Positions 22,684 through 32,551 of a stretch of DNA of 62,973 bases are shown here, one piece after another. Positions within the stretch are counted from its first letter, which is position 1; every line of letters begins with the position of its first letter. The DNA lies in the NCBI GenBank assembly GCA_036382195.1, contig DASVIG010000045.1, forward strand, positions 1 through 62,973. The letters are read 5' to 3'. The position numbers and the translations under genes are program-made. This DNA is from Candidatus Nanopelagicaceae bacterium. Its GTDB lineage: Bacteria > Actinomycetota > Actinomycetes > Nanopelagicales > Nanopelagicaceae. Below the pieces are notes generated by a model. That model saw only the letters and a program-made list of their open reading frames with translations. It was not told the DNA's origin and ran no database searches.

Positions 22684-23771
22684 TTTCGTGACCTCTTCAC
22701 TCTTCGTACACTCTGTGTCAGGGCAGCGAGAAAGAGGAGGATTGCTGATCCGGTTGTAAACCATGCAACCGTTGGACTAATTACGGAGGTGTTCAGGGTG
22801 AGAATTGCGGTTTCATTCACGGCATCATTCCGAGAATTTACAAATTGTGCCAACACCATTGTCGTGCCTGGTGCAATGACCGTGACTGGAACAAGAATCT
22901 GGGTTGTAGATTTGGCGTCCAACACCAGCCTTTTGATATCGGAAATATGTACCCGCGAATTAAGCGGAGTTAATTGAAGGTTCACGGAAATAGGAAGAGT
23001 AAAATCGTTTACGAGGGTTAGCGGAAGTTTCCCTTTTTCGGATGTCAAACGATATTTGCCGGACACAATTCGCAATTTGTGAGTCTGACTTGCTAGAGCA
23101 TCGTAGGCATTGCGGGCGAAGAAGATTTGTCGCACTGAAGTAGAATCTGTTGCCAAGAGGAAGGCAAGTTTAGAACGAAGGATGTCCAATTCAGAAGCCG
23201 GCACCACCGTGCTCATCAATGCCAGCGCTCGCCGATTTGAAGTATAAGAACGGATTGTGTCAGCTGACACTTTTACCGTGCTTTGCCCCCACTTGATGGA
23301 GCGACTGATCTTGACTGGTCGGCTCAGGGCTGCCTCCAATCGCACCTTGCTTGTGTCAAAGTAATAGCGGAGTTCACTTGGTGCCAATTCAGTGGCCAAT
23401 GAAATATTGGGATGCCCGTAGGGGATGGCAAAGATGGGATCGTTTGCAGATATGTATTTCAATTCTGCCAGCCAGTTTTGCGCATCAAGGTTTTTTACGG
23501 CCAATGCTTGGACATCTTCGACGAGTGCTGCATCGATAAACCACATCCGAGGTTCTGCTTGAGGCGAAAATACCAATTCGCCCAGTCTCTCTGTTGGCAA
23601 CAGTGATGTTTCGAGAGTGTTATCGAGGGATATACCATTCAAATCTCGATGAGGTGGGTCAACTAAGACAATGGTCGCTCTCGTTGCTGCGGTAGCGGAC
23701 TGCAAGGAGACAGAGGGCAAGATTACGATCAGGAGGCAAAAGAGTGCAGCTATGGCAGGCTTCAATTTCAT
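22680..23771 (-). CDS. Secreted or membrane-anchored protein of unknown function (Rv3909/DUF6049-like by position)
   Basis: It has an N-terminal signal peptide (AALFCLLIVILPSVSLQSATA) and a C-terminal TM helix with a basic tail (RRVKRSRK). It is translationally coupled to murJ. The family assignment is from memory of synteny and is unverified. Confidence 0.6.
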   Translation of the reverse strand: MKLKPAIAALFCLLIVILPSVSLQSATAATRATIVLVDPPHRDLNGISLDNTLETSLLPTERLGELVFSPQAEPRMWFIDAALVEDVQALAVKNLDAQNWLAELKYISANDPIFAIPYGHPNISLATELAPSELRYYFDTSKVRLEAALSRPVKISRSIKWGQSTVKVSADTIRSYTSNRRALALMSTVVPASELDILRSKLAFLLATDSTSVRQIFFARNAYDALASQTHKLRIVSGKYRLTSEKGKLPLTLVNDFTLPISVNLQLTPLNSRVHISDIKRLVLDAKSTTQILVPVTVIAPGTTMVLAQFVNSRNDAVNETAILTLNTSVISPTVAWFTTGSAILLFLAALTQSVRRVKRSRK

Positions 23772-24352
23772 AGTTGTAAATCGCCACTTCGGGATATCAA
23801 TTTCTTTTCGTCTGGATAGGCAAGGCGATCGATAATCTCACTTAAAGGAAACCAAGCGACCTCGTCGACTTCGCTGACCTGAGGGGCCAGAATTCCTCCG
23901 ACTTCTCGGAACAGATAATGGTGGACAGTCTTATGTATGCGCTTGCCCCCAGCCATAAACCAGAAATCGATCACCCCTAACGCTCGAGCGATCTCGCTCT
24001 CGATCCCCGTTTCTTCCATCACTTCCCGCAAGGCAGCCTCTTCGGGAGTCTCCCCGGATTCAATGTGGCCCTTGGGGAGCGACCAGAGCAAACGTTCGCG
24101 AGTGGCATCTTTGAGGTCGATTCGGCCAATTAACAGACCCTGTGTTCCAGAGAAATCAATTACCAAACCACCGGCACTGATTTCATCCACCCTTTTAGCG
24201 TAAGGACGTGCTGGTAGATGCTCAGTCTTCACTGCCACCTTCTTGGGCGGGAGCGCACGAGGATCTTCTGTTTGTGGGGTGCGATTGGCGGGCCGCCTCC
24301 GCCGCCTCTTTTTTTTCGTGCCTTCGCTACCCGCACTGGGTGCAGGGGTCAT
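23768..24352 (-). CDS. NUDIX hydrolase (MutT4-like)
   Basis: Nudix box GHIESGETPEEAALREVMEETG with a basic, low-complexity N-terminus (KKKRRRRRP). Confidence 0.88.
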   Translation of the reverse strand: MTPAPSAGSEGTKKKRRRRRPANRTPQTEDPRALPPKKVAVKTEHLPARPYAKRVDEISAGGLVIDFSGTQGLLIGRIDLKDATRERLLWSLPKGHIESGETPEEAALREVMEETGIESEIARALGVIDFWFMAGGKRIHKTVHHYLFREVGGILAPQVSEVDEVAWFPLSEIIDRLAYPDEKKLISRSGDLQL

Positions 24353-24387
24353 GGAGCAAGGGTACTGCTCTAGCCTTATCTATTGTG

Positions 24388-25818
24388 ATGAGTGCATTGG
24401 GAGCCGCGGGAGAACTGGCCATCCGCTCCCTGATCGATCGAGCCCCTCTGGCCAGTTCGTTGGCCGACGCATTTAAGCGCGCGGGATATCGTCTGGCACT
24501 CGTTGGGGGCCCGGTTCGTGACGCAATCTTGGGGCGGTTGGGAAACGATCTCGACTTCACCACCGATGCTCACCCCAATGAGTCAAAAAAGATTCTCAGT
24601 TCATGGGCAGAGAAGGTTTGGGATACGGGAATTGCTTTCGGAACTGTTGCAGGAATTCGTGGTGACACAACCGTTGAAGTGACGACTTACCGAACCGAGA
24701 GTTACGAGATTGCTAGTCGTCATCCGGATGTCGCATATGGAGATTCCATCGAAGGGGATCTATCTCGTCGGGACTTCACAATAAATGCAATGGCGCTGGA
24801 ACTCACTCAAGGAGAACCACTTTTTATTGATCCCTTTGATGGATTGGGTGACTTAGGCAGAAAGATTCTCCGAACACCAGGAAGTGCGGAAGATTCATTC
24901 TCGGATGATCCATTACGCATAATGCGCGCCGCGCGATTTGCCAGTCAACTGAACTTCACGGTGGCCGAGGACGTACTAGTCGCAATGAAAGTCATGTCGA
25001 CTCGACTTTCCATAATTTCGGCAGAGCGAGTGCGTGATGAGCTGACTAAAATACTTATGTCTGATAATCCGCGAACTGGAATCACCATGCTGGTCGATAG
25101 CGGCATTGCAGATTCTGTTTTACCGGAAGTTCCCAAACTGCGATTAGAAATTGACGAGCATCACCATCACAAGGACGTGTACGAGCACTCACTTACAGTG
25201 CTTGAGCAGGCAATCACATTAGAGAGCCGTTTGGATGGGCCGGATTTGGTTCTTCGACTTGCCGCGCTACTACATGACATTGGCAAACCAAAGACCCGCA
25301 GTTTGATTGCGGGTGGCGGCGTCTCATTTCACCATCACGAGGTTGTCGGTGCTCGACTCTGTAAAGAACGTTTGAAGGCACTTCGATTCAACGGGGACAC
25401 GATTGATGATGTCTCGACCTTGGTGGCATTGCATCTGCGTTTCCATGGTTACGGTGAGGGCGAATGGACAGATTCTGCTGTGCGACGATACGTGCGCGAT
25501 GCAGGAGATCTTCTGCCGCTTCTTCACATTCTTACTCGGGCTGATTGCACGACACGGAATAAACGCAAAGCTGACGCACTGGCTGCCACTTATCAGAGCC
25601 TCGAGAATCGGATTGCTGTCCTCATGGAGGAAGAAGAACTCTCTAAAATTCGTCCCGATCTCGACGGAGGTCAGGTTATGAATTTACTTAATATCAAGCC
25701 TTCAGCAGCGGTTGGTGAGGCGCTTGATTTCCTTCTCGAATTGCGCCTTGAGAATGGCCCACTAGGGCAGGAGCGGGCCGAGGAAGAGTTGATGAAGTGG
25801 TGGCTTGCTAGGAAGTGA
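24388..25818 (+). CDS. cca: CCA tRNA nucleotidyltransferase / poly(A) polymerase family with HD domain
   Basis: GGPVRDAILGR..NDLDFTT nucleotidyltransferase head and an HD motif LLHDIGKP. Start is taken at MSALGAAG; the ORF opens at 24208 and would otherwise overlap the NUDIX gene. Confidence 0.88.
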   Translation: MSALGAAGELAIRSLIDRAPLASSLADAFKRAGYRLALVGGPVRDAILGRLGNDLDFTTDAHPNESKKILSSWAEKVWDTGIAFGTVAGIRGDTTVEVTTYRTESYEIASRHPDVAYGDSIEGDLSRRDFTINAMALELTQGEPLFIDPFDGLGDLGRKILRTPGSAEDSFSDDPLRIMRAARFASQLNFTVAEDVLVAMKVMSTRLSIISAERVRDELTKILMSDNPRTGITMLVDSGIADSVLPEVPKLRLEIDEHHHHKDVYEHSLTVLEQAITLESRLDGPDLVLRLAALLHDIGKPKTRSLIAGGGVSFHHHEVVGARLCKERLKALRFNGDTIDDVSTLVALHLRFHGYGEGEWTDSAVRRYVRDAGDLLPLLHILTRADCTTRNKRKADALAATYQSLENRIAVLMEEEELSKIRPDLDGGQVMNLLNIKPSAAVGEALDFLLELRLENGPLGQERAEEELMKWWLARK

Positions 25819-27136
25819 AACTGAACTTCGATCTCCGCAACACAGTTGCGACTGTTGCGAGGTAGAGAGCCGATACAAGTAGAGGCACTGCAAAAGACTT
25901 TCCGGAGGTGGGCAAGATGAGTGCCGCCAATACGGCGCCGGAAACAATCGCGCCGTTAACAAATACGTCGTACACGGCGAATACTCTTCCACGGAAATAA
26001 TCATCAATTTTAGATTGAACCAGCGCATCGTTGGTTACCTTCAGGCTCTGCCCAAAAAGACTCGTAAAAAACGATGCAACATAAAGTGGAATGGAGTGCA
26101 ACGAAGATGCAAGCAATAAGGGAGCGAAAGAGCTGCATATCATCATGTAGCGGATCCACCTATGTCGTCCGAATCGATGTACGCCAAAAGGAGCAACGAG
26201 GGCGCCGCAAGTAATGCCTACGCCTGCAATCGAGAGTGCCACAACTAGACCTGAGAGCCCCGCATCTGGGTTACTGGGTAAGTGAAATGTGTTTCGTTCG
26301 AGAAGTAAGGCGACGAGAACAAGCGCCGTCAAACCGCCCCTCTGCATCGCGGTAGCAATAATGCCCCTCGTTGCGTCATGATGTTGTCGTAAAAAGGAGA
26401 AGCCTTCGCGCATTTCGACAAATCCTTCACGCAGACTTGCTGCAGCTTTTTCGTGGGATAGCGGTCCGATCTCGTTACGTTTCAATCGCAACATCAAGGC
26501 GGAAGTTATCCCATAGCCGACTGCTGCGAAGAGAATCAATGCTGCGTCGGAGTGATTGGCATTATGAATTGACTCGAAAATTTTGCGGAGCCCGAAACCG
26601 ATTCCGCCTCCCAAGACGACCCATATGGAGCCCCCTGTCACCGCCATTGCATTTGCTGTAATTAATGACTCCGGGCCGATAACGAGGGGAAGTCCAGCTG
26701 ATAAACCGGCGAGTATTAGTCGATTGACACCAAATGCAAATAGGACCAGAACTGTAAGTTCAAGACCGGTTTTGCCCTGCGAAATCAGTACCGCGATTAT
26801 TGCTAGGTCAACCGCCCGGGAAAGATTTGCAAAAAAGAGCGCCCTTTGGCGGGAGATGCGGTCCAGGATTGTTCCAACAAATGGACCGATTATCGAATAT
26901 GGCAGGAGAACCACGGCAAAAGCCAACGCTGCTCCCATGGCGCCCGTCTGCCGTTCAGGGGAGAAGAGGACATAGGAGGCGAGCGCGCTTTGGAATAGCC
27001 CGTCTACTGCCTGACCCATCCAACGCGCTGCAAATAATCGCGAGAGTCTTGGATGTCGCAAAAGTCCCAGGAAACTCAAACTATGCATGTTGGCAAGGGT
27101 AGTTTCTTTGTCCCTCTTATTCTCGTTATTCTTCAC
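25808..27136 (-). CDS. MFS transporter
   Basis: About 12 predicted hydrophobic helices with an MFS-like loop (GPFVGTILDRISRQR). An alternative start is MHSL at 27088. Confidence 0.8.
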   Translation of the reverse strand: MKNNENKRDKETTLANMHSLSFLGLLRHPRLSRLFAARWMGQAVDGLFQSALASYVLFSPERQTGAMGAALAFAVVLLPYSIIGPFVGTILDRISRQRALFFANLSRAVDLAIIAVLISQGKTGLELTVLVLFAFGVNRLILAGLSAGLPLVIGPESLITANAMAVTGGSIWVVLGGGIGFGLRKIFESIHNANHSDAALILFAAVGYGITSALMLRLKRNEIGPLSHEKAAASLREGFVEMREGFSFLRQHHDATRGIIATAMQRGGLTALVLVALLLERNTFHLPSNPDAGLSGLVVALSIAGVGITCGALVAPFGVHRFGRHRWIRYMMICSSFAPLLLASSLHSIPLYVASFFTSLFGQSLKVTNDALVQSKIDDYFRGRVFAVYDVFVNGAIVSGAVLAALILPTSGKSFAVPLLVSALYLATVATVLRRSKFSFTS

Positions 27137-27139
27137 CTT

Positions 27140-27553
27140 GTGAAATCGCAGCGTGCTTACATCGACTACACCCTAGATAAGCGAGCCACTCTTATGGCCC
27201 TTTATCGCGGGATCGGTAACGCTTGCGATGCGGACCCTTATTTACTACTTGCGGCAAAGTTCCACGGTCTTAAGGTCGATCGGCCCTGCCCGGTCTGCAA
27301 AAGAAAGTCGATGGTGGAGCTTCGATACACTTTTGGCGATCAGTTGGGCCAATTCTCCGGACGGATCAAGTCAATGGACGAACTTGGCGAAATGGAGAAG
27401 GAATTCGGCGAATTCCGTGTTTATATTGTGGAGGTTTGCCGAGAGTGTTCTTGGAACCACCTCTGCGTCTCCTTCCTCCTAGGGGATGGCATCGAGCGGA
27501 AAGCGCCTCGTCGCCAGCGAACTCGCCAGGATGAGGATTGGGTAAAGCGGTAA
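27140..27553 (+). CDS. DUF5318-like conserved actinobacterial protein with a four-Cys zinc-ribbon pattern
   Basis: CPVC and CREC pairs. It sits directly upstream of the class A PBP, as M. tuberculosis Rv0049 does relative to ponA1. The GTG at 27140 avoids overlap with the MFS gene; the ORF opens at 27053. Confidence 0.65.
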   Translation: MKSQRAYIDYTLDKRATLMALYRGIGNACDADPYLLLAAKFHGLKVDRPCPVCKRKSMVELRYTFGDQLGQFSGRIKSMDELGEMEKEFGEFRVYIVEVCRECSWNHLCVSFLLGDGIERKAPRRQRTRQDEDWVKR

Positions 27554-27562
27554 CCTTCACGC

Positions 27563-29542
27563 GTGGTCCGCAAAGTTCTCTTTCGCACCGTCATATACTT
27601 TGGCGGTCTCACCTTCATCGCTGGAGCCTGCCTTATTGCCTATGCCTATTTCACGGTGAGCATCCCGAACCCGAATAGTTATGTGAACAGTCAAGCAACG
27701 ATCATTCAATATTCCAATGGGAGGGAAATTGGGCGTTTTGGCGCGGAAAATCGAACAATCGTGCCTCTGGCGAAGATTCCGCTTTATGTCCGTTATGCGG
27801 TCTTGGCTGCAGAGGACCGTCATTTCTACTCCGAACGTGCATTTAGCATTACCGGGATATTTCGAGCGGTTCTCAACAATTTGCGTGGCGGGGCATTACA
27901 GGGCGGGTCGACAATTAGCCAACAATATGCAAAAACTGCTTTCCTAACGCCAGCGCAGAACATTCAGCGGAAAATCAAAGAACTGGTGATTGCCATCAAA
28001 TTGGAGAATCAACTCTCTAAAGATCAAATTCTGGAGAACTACCTCAACACTATTTATTTTGGACGTGGTTCTTACGGGGTCGAAACTGCTTCCCAGCAAT
28101 ATTTCAATCGGAACGTCGATCATCTCACTCTTGCTCAGGCTGCAGTCTTGGCGAGCATCATGAACTCGCCGGGGTATTACGACCCTTCGTATTCGAAAGC
28201 GAATGCAGATCGTTTGACGGCACGATTTTCCTACGTGCTCAATGGCATGGTTACCGAAAAATGGATTACTGCAAAAGAAGCGGCAGCAGTTAAGTTCCCC
28301 GTCATCCGCGCACGGGTGACCTCCGGTTCACTCTCGGGCCCCAAGGGCTACATCATGGCGCTGGCGCAGAAGGAGTTGAATACTCTGGGCTTTACGGATA
28401 GCCAGCTGCTGGTAGGTGGGTTGATTGTTCGGACTACGTTGGATCAGACCGCGCAACAGTCGGCTGTGGACGCAGTTGATAAGCAGACGCCAAAGCGGGT
28501 ACCGCCAAATCTGCATATCGGCTTGGTAGCAATTCGACCCGGAACCGGTGAGATCATTGCGCTCTACGGTGGTAAAGATTATTTGGTCCGTCAACTCAGT
28601 GATGCGACGCAGTCAATCGCACTTGCCGGCTCCACGTTCAAACCATTTGCATTGATTGCCGCCCTCGAACAGGGGATTCCACTGAGTTCCATGTGGAACG
28701 GCAGATCGCCTCAAGTTTTCGATGATGCTGGAAAGCCATACAAGGTCACTAATTACGGCAATGAGCAGTATGGGCAGATCACTCTCTTGAAGGCAACGGC
28801 CGATTCTATCAATACCGTTTTTGTACCTTTGGGTATAAAAGTCGGTCCCGATAAAGTGATGGATGCTGCCCGCCGGGCGGGAATCCCTCAGAGCGTGGCA
28901 TTAATGCCGACTCCTTCCATAGTTCTGGGAGCTGCCAGCCCCCACGTGATTGATATTGCCGCCGCATTTGCGACATTCGCCGCCCAGGGCGTGTATGCCA
29001 AACCGTTCTTGATAAGTCAGGTTCAGGGGCCAAATAGAGGGATCCTCTATGAAGCCAAACCCCAAGGACAAGAGGTTTTTGCCAAGGATGTCATGGCCGA
29101 TCTCACCTACGCGCTGGGGGAAGTTGTGCGAAGTGGTACGGCTACATATGGCACGGCAGGTCTCGGGCGAGCGGCCGCAGGTAAAACCGGAACGAGCGAG
29201 CAGAACGCTTCAGCCTGGTTTAGTGGATACACGCCGCAACTGGCCGCTTCGGTGGCATTCTTCAGAGACACGGCATCTCTCACCCTTAACGGTATAGGCG
29301 GTCTCAATTCGGTTACGGGTGGAACTTTCCCAGCGAAAGTCTGGACTGCATTCATGAAAGGCGCATTGCTCGGCATCCCAAAGATGGCCTTTCCTGCCCC
29401 TGCGCACATTGGTGGAACCTCGCATATTGTGATGACATCACCGAAGCCAAAACCGAAGCCGACAGTTGTGCCGACGCCGACAGTTGTGCCGACGCCAACT
29501 GCACCGGTGACACCGAGTGATACTCCGATTCCGACGCCGTGA
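27563..29542 (+). CDS. ponA: Class A penicillin-binding protein (glycosyltransferase GT51 + transpeptidase)
   Basis: GT51 motifs EDRHFY and GGSTISQQYAK are present. Transpeptidase motifs STFKP (SxxK), SIN and KTGT are also present, with a Pro/Thr-rich tail. Confidence 0.93.
   Translation: MVRKVLFRTVIYFGGLTFIAGACLIAYAYFTVSIPNPNSYVNSQATIIQYSNGREIGRFGAENRTIVPLAKIPLYVRYAVLAAEDRHFYSERAFSITGIFRAVLNNLRGGALQGGSTISQQYAKTAFLTPAQNIQRKIKELVIAIKLENQLSKDQILENYLNTIYFGRGSYGVETASQQYFNRNVDHLTLAQAAVLASIMNSPGYYDPSYSKANADRLTARFSYVLNGMVTEKWITAKEAAAVKFPVIRARVTSGSLSGPKGYIMALAQKELNTLGFTDSQLLVGGLIVRTTLDQTAQQSAVDAVDKQTPKRVPPNLHIGLVAIRPGTGEIIALYGGKDYLVRQLSDATQSIALAGSTFKPFALIAALEQGIPLSSMWNGRSPQVFDDAGKPYKVTNYGNEQYGQITLLKATADSINTVFVPLGIKVGPDKVMDAARRAGIPQSVALMPTPSIVLGAASPHVIDIAAAFATFAAQGVYAKPFLISQVQGPNRGILYEAKPQGQEVFAKDVMADLTYALGEVVRSGTATYGTAGLGRAAAGKTGTSEQNASAWFSGYTPQLAASVAFFRDTASLTLNGIGGLNSVTGGTFPAKVWTAFMKGALLGIPKMAFPAPAHIGGTSHIVMTSPKPKPKPTVVPTPTVVPTPTAPVTPSDTPIPTP
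29461..29496 (+). repeat. Perfect 18-bp tandem duplication (GACAGTTGTGCCGACGCC x2) encoding TVVPTP x2 in the PBP tail
   Basis: Read directly from the sequence. It is preceded by CCGAAGCC-AAAA-CCGAAGCC (KPKPKP). Confidence 0.95.
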
Positions 29543-29552
29543 TTGAACGTTA

Positions 29553-30791
29553 ATGCGCTGGGCGGAGAGAACCAGTCCTCTTACCAGGTCATTAATCCTC
29601 CTCGCGCTACTCGCTGGTCTTCTCTCATTTGCTAAATTTGACCACTGCCGTACTACCGGTTGGGCAAGCCCTGATGATTATGTGCATGCCTGTTACTCGG
29701 ACGTTTCGTCATTATTCCAGGCACGAGGATTAGATCACCATCAATGGGCATATTCTGGTGGCGATAATGCGGTGGAATATCCCGTAATTACTGGTGCGGT
29801 GATGTGGGCGACGTCGTGGTTGGCGCCGTCTGGCAGAAACCCGATGCGCATCTTTTTTGATGTCAACGCATTACTGATCGCTCTTCTTTTCATTGGCGTT
29901 GTGATAATTGTTGGGAGAATTCGACCGCAGTTCGCATACCTGCTGCCGCTGAGTCCGGCAGTGATTGCCTCGCTCTATATCAACTGGGATCTTTGGGGCA
30001 TCATCTCGATGATGCTCGCGATCTACTTTTTTGACAGGCGAAGGCTTGGATTGAGTTCCATACTCTTAGGAGTGTCGATAGCGACAAAGTTCTTTCCAGT
30101 TCTTTTGTTGTTTCCAATTATCTTTATTCTCTGGCGAAGAAATGAACTTCGCAGAATTGGAAAGTACCTGCTCATTACGGTCGGAGTTTGGCTAGCGATA
30201 AACCTCCCCGTCATGTTGACGACTCCGCAAGGATGGTGGCGTTTTTACAAACTTAATTTAGGCCGCGAATCCGAATGGGGATCGATTTGGTATGCCTTTT
30301 CACTGCTAGGAGTAAAAATCAATCACCTTAACTACATCACAATTCTTGCACTTTTGATTGTGCTGGTTGCAATGATGATTTACCTCCTGGATCTCCCGGT
30401 GGTGCCAAAACTTGCCGACGTGAGCTTCATACTCATGGCTGCAGTCTTATGTCTGGGAAAGGTCTACTCACCTCAATACGTTCTCTGGTTGACGCCATTG
30501 GCTGTCATCGCCCTCCGCAATAAAGGCTCGTTATTCGGTTTCTGGGTCTGGCAGGCCGGGGAGGTCATCTACCACCTGGCGATTTGGCAGCACCTGGCAT
30601 TGACGGAAGGGGCCCGCTTTGGCCTGCCGGCAGGCGGTTATGCCTTTGCCACCCTGGTTCGAGTGGCAACTACGGTCTTTTTTATCGCCTCTCTGGTCCG
30701 GAGCAGCCTCGATAAGCGCTCCCCACAGGCTCAGGAGGCACATCAGGGCCTGGCTGATTTTCTATTCGGCAGTGCTGACAGTTACCCTTAG
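29553..30791 (+). CDS. Polytopic GT-C-type glycosyltransferase-like membrane protein (DUF2029/GT87-like, Rv0051 position)
   Basis: It has many TM helices and the conserved position between ponA and rpsF. The family call is from synteny and overall topology only. Confidence 0.6.
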   Translation: MRWAERTSPLTRSLILLALLAGLLSFAKFDHCRTTGWASPDDYVHACYSDVSSLFQARGLDHHQWAYSGGDNAVEYPVITGAVMWATSWLAPSGRNPMRIFFDVNALLIALLFIGVVIIVGRIRPQFAYLLPLSPAVIASLYINWDLWGIISMMLAIYFFDRRRLGLSSILLGVSIATKFFPVLLLFPIIFILWRRNELRRIGKYLLITVGVWLAINLPVMLTTPQGWWRFYKLNLGRESEWGSIWYAFSLLGVKINHLNYITILALLIVLVAMMIYLLDLPVVPKLADVSFILMAAVLCLGKVYSPQYVLWLTPLAVIALRNKGSLFGFWVWQAGEVIYHLAIWQHLALTEGARFGLPAGGYAFATLVRVATTVFFIASLVRSSLDKRSPQAQEAHQGLADFLFGSADSYP

Positions 30792-30890
30792 GCCCCTTCG
30801 GTGATAGGTCTACCAATCAGCGGAGGGCAATAACTCTCCTGTCACGGAAATACCGTGGCCGCTTTAGTCCAGAGGAGGTCGGGTTAACGT

Positions 30891-31175
30891 ATGCGTCACT
30901 ATGAATTAATGGTCATTCTCGATCCAGAGTTAGAAGAACGTACTGTCACTCCAAGCCTTGAGACTTACCTCAAGATCATCAAAGAAAGTGGTGGCCGTGT
31001 CGATAAGCTCGATGTTTGGGGCAAGCGCCGCATGTCTTTTGAGATCCAGAAGAAGTCCGAAGGAATATACGCAGTTGTCGATATGCACTGCGAGCCAGCT
31101 GCCATCAAAGAGTTGGATCGCCAACTTAATTTGAACGAAGCAGTTTTACGCACCAAAGTTATGCGTCCTGAATAG
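30891..31175 (+). CDS. rpsF: 30S ribosomal protein S6
   Basis: [13 protein letters not shown]-terminus, located in the rpsF-ssb-rpsR-rplI cluster. Confidence 0.96.
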   Translation: MRHYELMVILDPELEERTVTPSLETYLKIIKESGGRVDKLDVWGKRRMSFEIQKKSEGIYAVVDMHCEPAAIKELDRQLNLNEAVLRTKVMRPE

Positions 31176-31235
31176 TTCATATCTGTTTAGTGATAACTTT
31201 TTGAGCACCAGCAACAAATAAGAGAAGAGAAAAAA

Positions 31236-31736
31236 ATGGCAGCAGGAGATACAAACATCACCCTGATCGGCAACCTTGTCGATGATCCAGAACTTCGCTT
31301 CACCCCATCAGGTGCAGCTGTCGCTAAATTCCGCGTCGCCTCTACGCCTCGTTATATTGATAAGGCCACGGGCGAGTGGAAAGACGGAGACAGCCTTTTC
31401 TTACAGTGCAACATTTGGCGTCAGGCAGCAGAGAATGTTGCTGAGTCGCTCACCAAGGGTATGCGCGTAATACTTTCTGGTCGTTTAAAGCAACGTTCAT
31501 ATGAAACCAAAGAGGGCGAGAAGCGCACTGTCTTTGAAGTAGAAGTTGACGAAGTTGGTCCATCACTCCGTAACGCAACCGCGAAGGTCACCAAGACCAC
31601 TCGTGCTGGCGCGGCCGGTAGTGGCGGATTCTCGGCACCCTCTGAATCCTTCAACGATGATCCATGGGCTGCGGCATCAACCTCTCCGGCCAGCGGCGGA
31701 TGGGCAACCACCACCAACGACCAACCACCTTTTTAA
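31236..31736 (+). CDS. ssb: Single-stranded DNA-binding protein
   Basis: OB fold ([19 protein letters not shown]), a Gly/Ala-rich linker and an acidic tip DDQPPF. Confidence 0.96.
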   Translation: MAAGDTNITLIGNLVDDPELRFTPSGAAVAKFRVASTPRYIDKATGEWKDGDSLFLQCNIWRQAAENVAESLTKGMRVILSGRLKQRSYETKEGEKRTVFEVEVDEVGPSLRNATAKVTKTTRAGAAGSGGFSAPSESFNDDPWAAASTSPASGGWATTTNDQPPF

Positions 31737-31787
31737 ATTCATCCATCCATTCCTGCGTAAGTAGGGCACCCGTAAAGGAGCACCACA

Positions 31788-32075
31788 ATGGGAGCACGTA
31801 ACAACCGAGCGCTCAAAGAGCCGAAGAACAAATCAGCGAAGGCGGCTGCGCTCAATAAGAAATTCAAGAAGAAGCCATGCAGTTTCTGTCGCGACAAAGT
31901 GACCTATATCGATTACAAAGATATTGCCACCTTGCGCAAGTACATCTCCGATCGTGGAAAGATCCGCGCTCGCCGAGTTACAGGAGCCTGCACCCAACAT
32001 CAACGCTCGGTTGCAACTGCGGTTAAAAACAGCCGCGAAGTTGCACTCCTGCCCTACACCTCGACCGCGCGATAA
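31788..32075 (+). CDS. rpsR: 30S ribosomal protein S18
   Basis: [19 protein letters not shown] and [17 protein letters not shown] signatures. Confidence 0.95.
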   Translation: MGARNNRALKEPKNKSAKAAALNKKFKKKPCSFCRDKVTYIDYKDIATLRKYISDRGKIRARRVTGACTQHQRSVATAVKNSREVALLPYTSTAR

Positions 32076-32087
32076 GGGGATATGAAT

Positions 32088-32534
32088 ATGAAACTAATCC
32101 TTACTCGTGAAGTCTCCGGCTTAGGTCGTGCCGGCGATGTCGTAACCGTCAAAGATGGTTTTGCTCGCAACTTCCTCCTTCCACGTGGCAATGCAATCGC
32201 ATGGTCTCTTGGTGGAGAGAAGCAGATTGAGGGGATCCGTCGTGCACGTGCATCACGTGAAATCCGCGATCTTGATCATGCCAAGGAGATCAAAACATCC
32301 CTTGAAGCTGCCACCATCACGGTTCCGGTAAAAGTTGGTAGTGCCGGGCGTCTTTTTGGATCGGTAACGGACAAAGATGTTGCTGCAGCACTCAAAGTTG
32401 CGACGGGTCTTGATATCGACCGTCATAACATCAAACTCGCTGGCCACATCAAGAAGATCGGTGTCCATGCGGTAAAGATCTCTCTGACCAACCAAGTCGT
32501 AGCCAATGTTTCCATAACGGTGGTTGCTGCTTAA
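32088..32534 (+). CDS. rplI: 50S ribosomal protein L9
   Basis: MKLILTREVSGLGRAGDVVTVKDGFARNFL. The ATG at 32088 has better spacing from the AAGGGGA RBS than the ATG at 32082. Confidence 0.95.
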   Translation: MKLILTREVSGLGRAGDVVTVKDGFARNFLLPRGNAIAWSLGGEKQIEGIRRARASREIRDLDHAKEIKTSLEAATITVPVKVGSAGRLFGSVTDKDVAAALKVATGLDIDRHNIKLAGHIKKIGVHAVKISLTNQVVANVSITVVAA

Positions 32535-32551
32535 GTTCTACCTTAACTCTT

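Noticed and set aside
27053-27139. N-terminal extension of the DUF5318-like ORF starting at 27053
   Set aside because: The extension would overlap the 5' end of the divergent MFS gene by about 80 nt. It encodes a non-conserved hydrophobic segment. The GTG at 27140 gives a start just before the YIDYTLDKRATL core.
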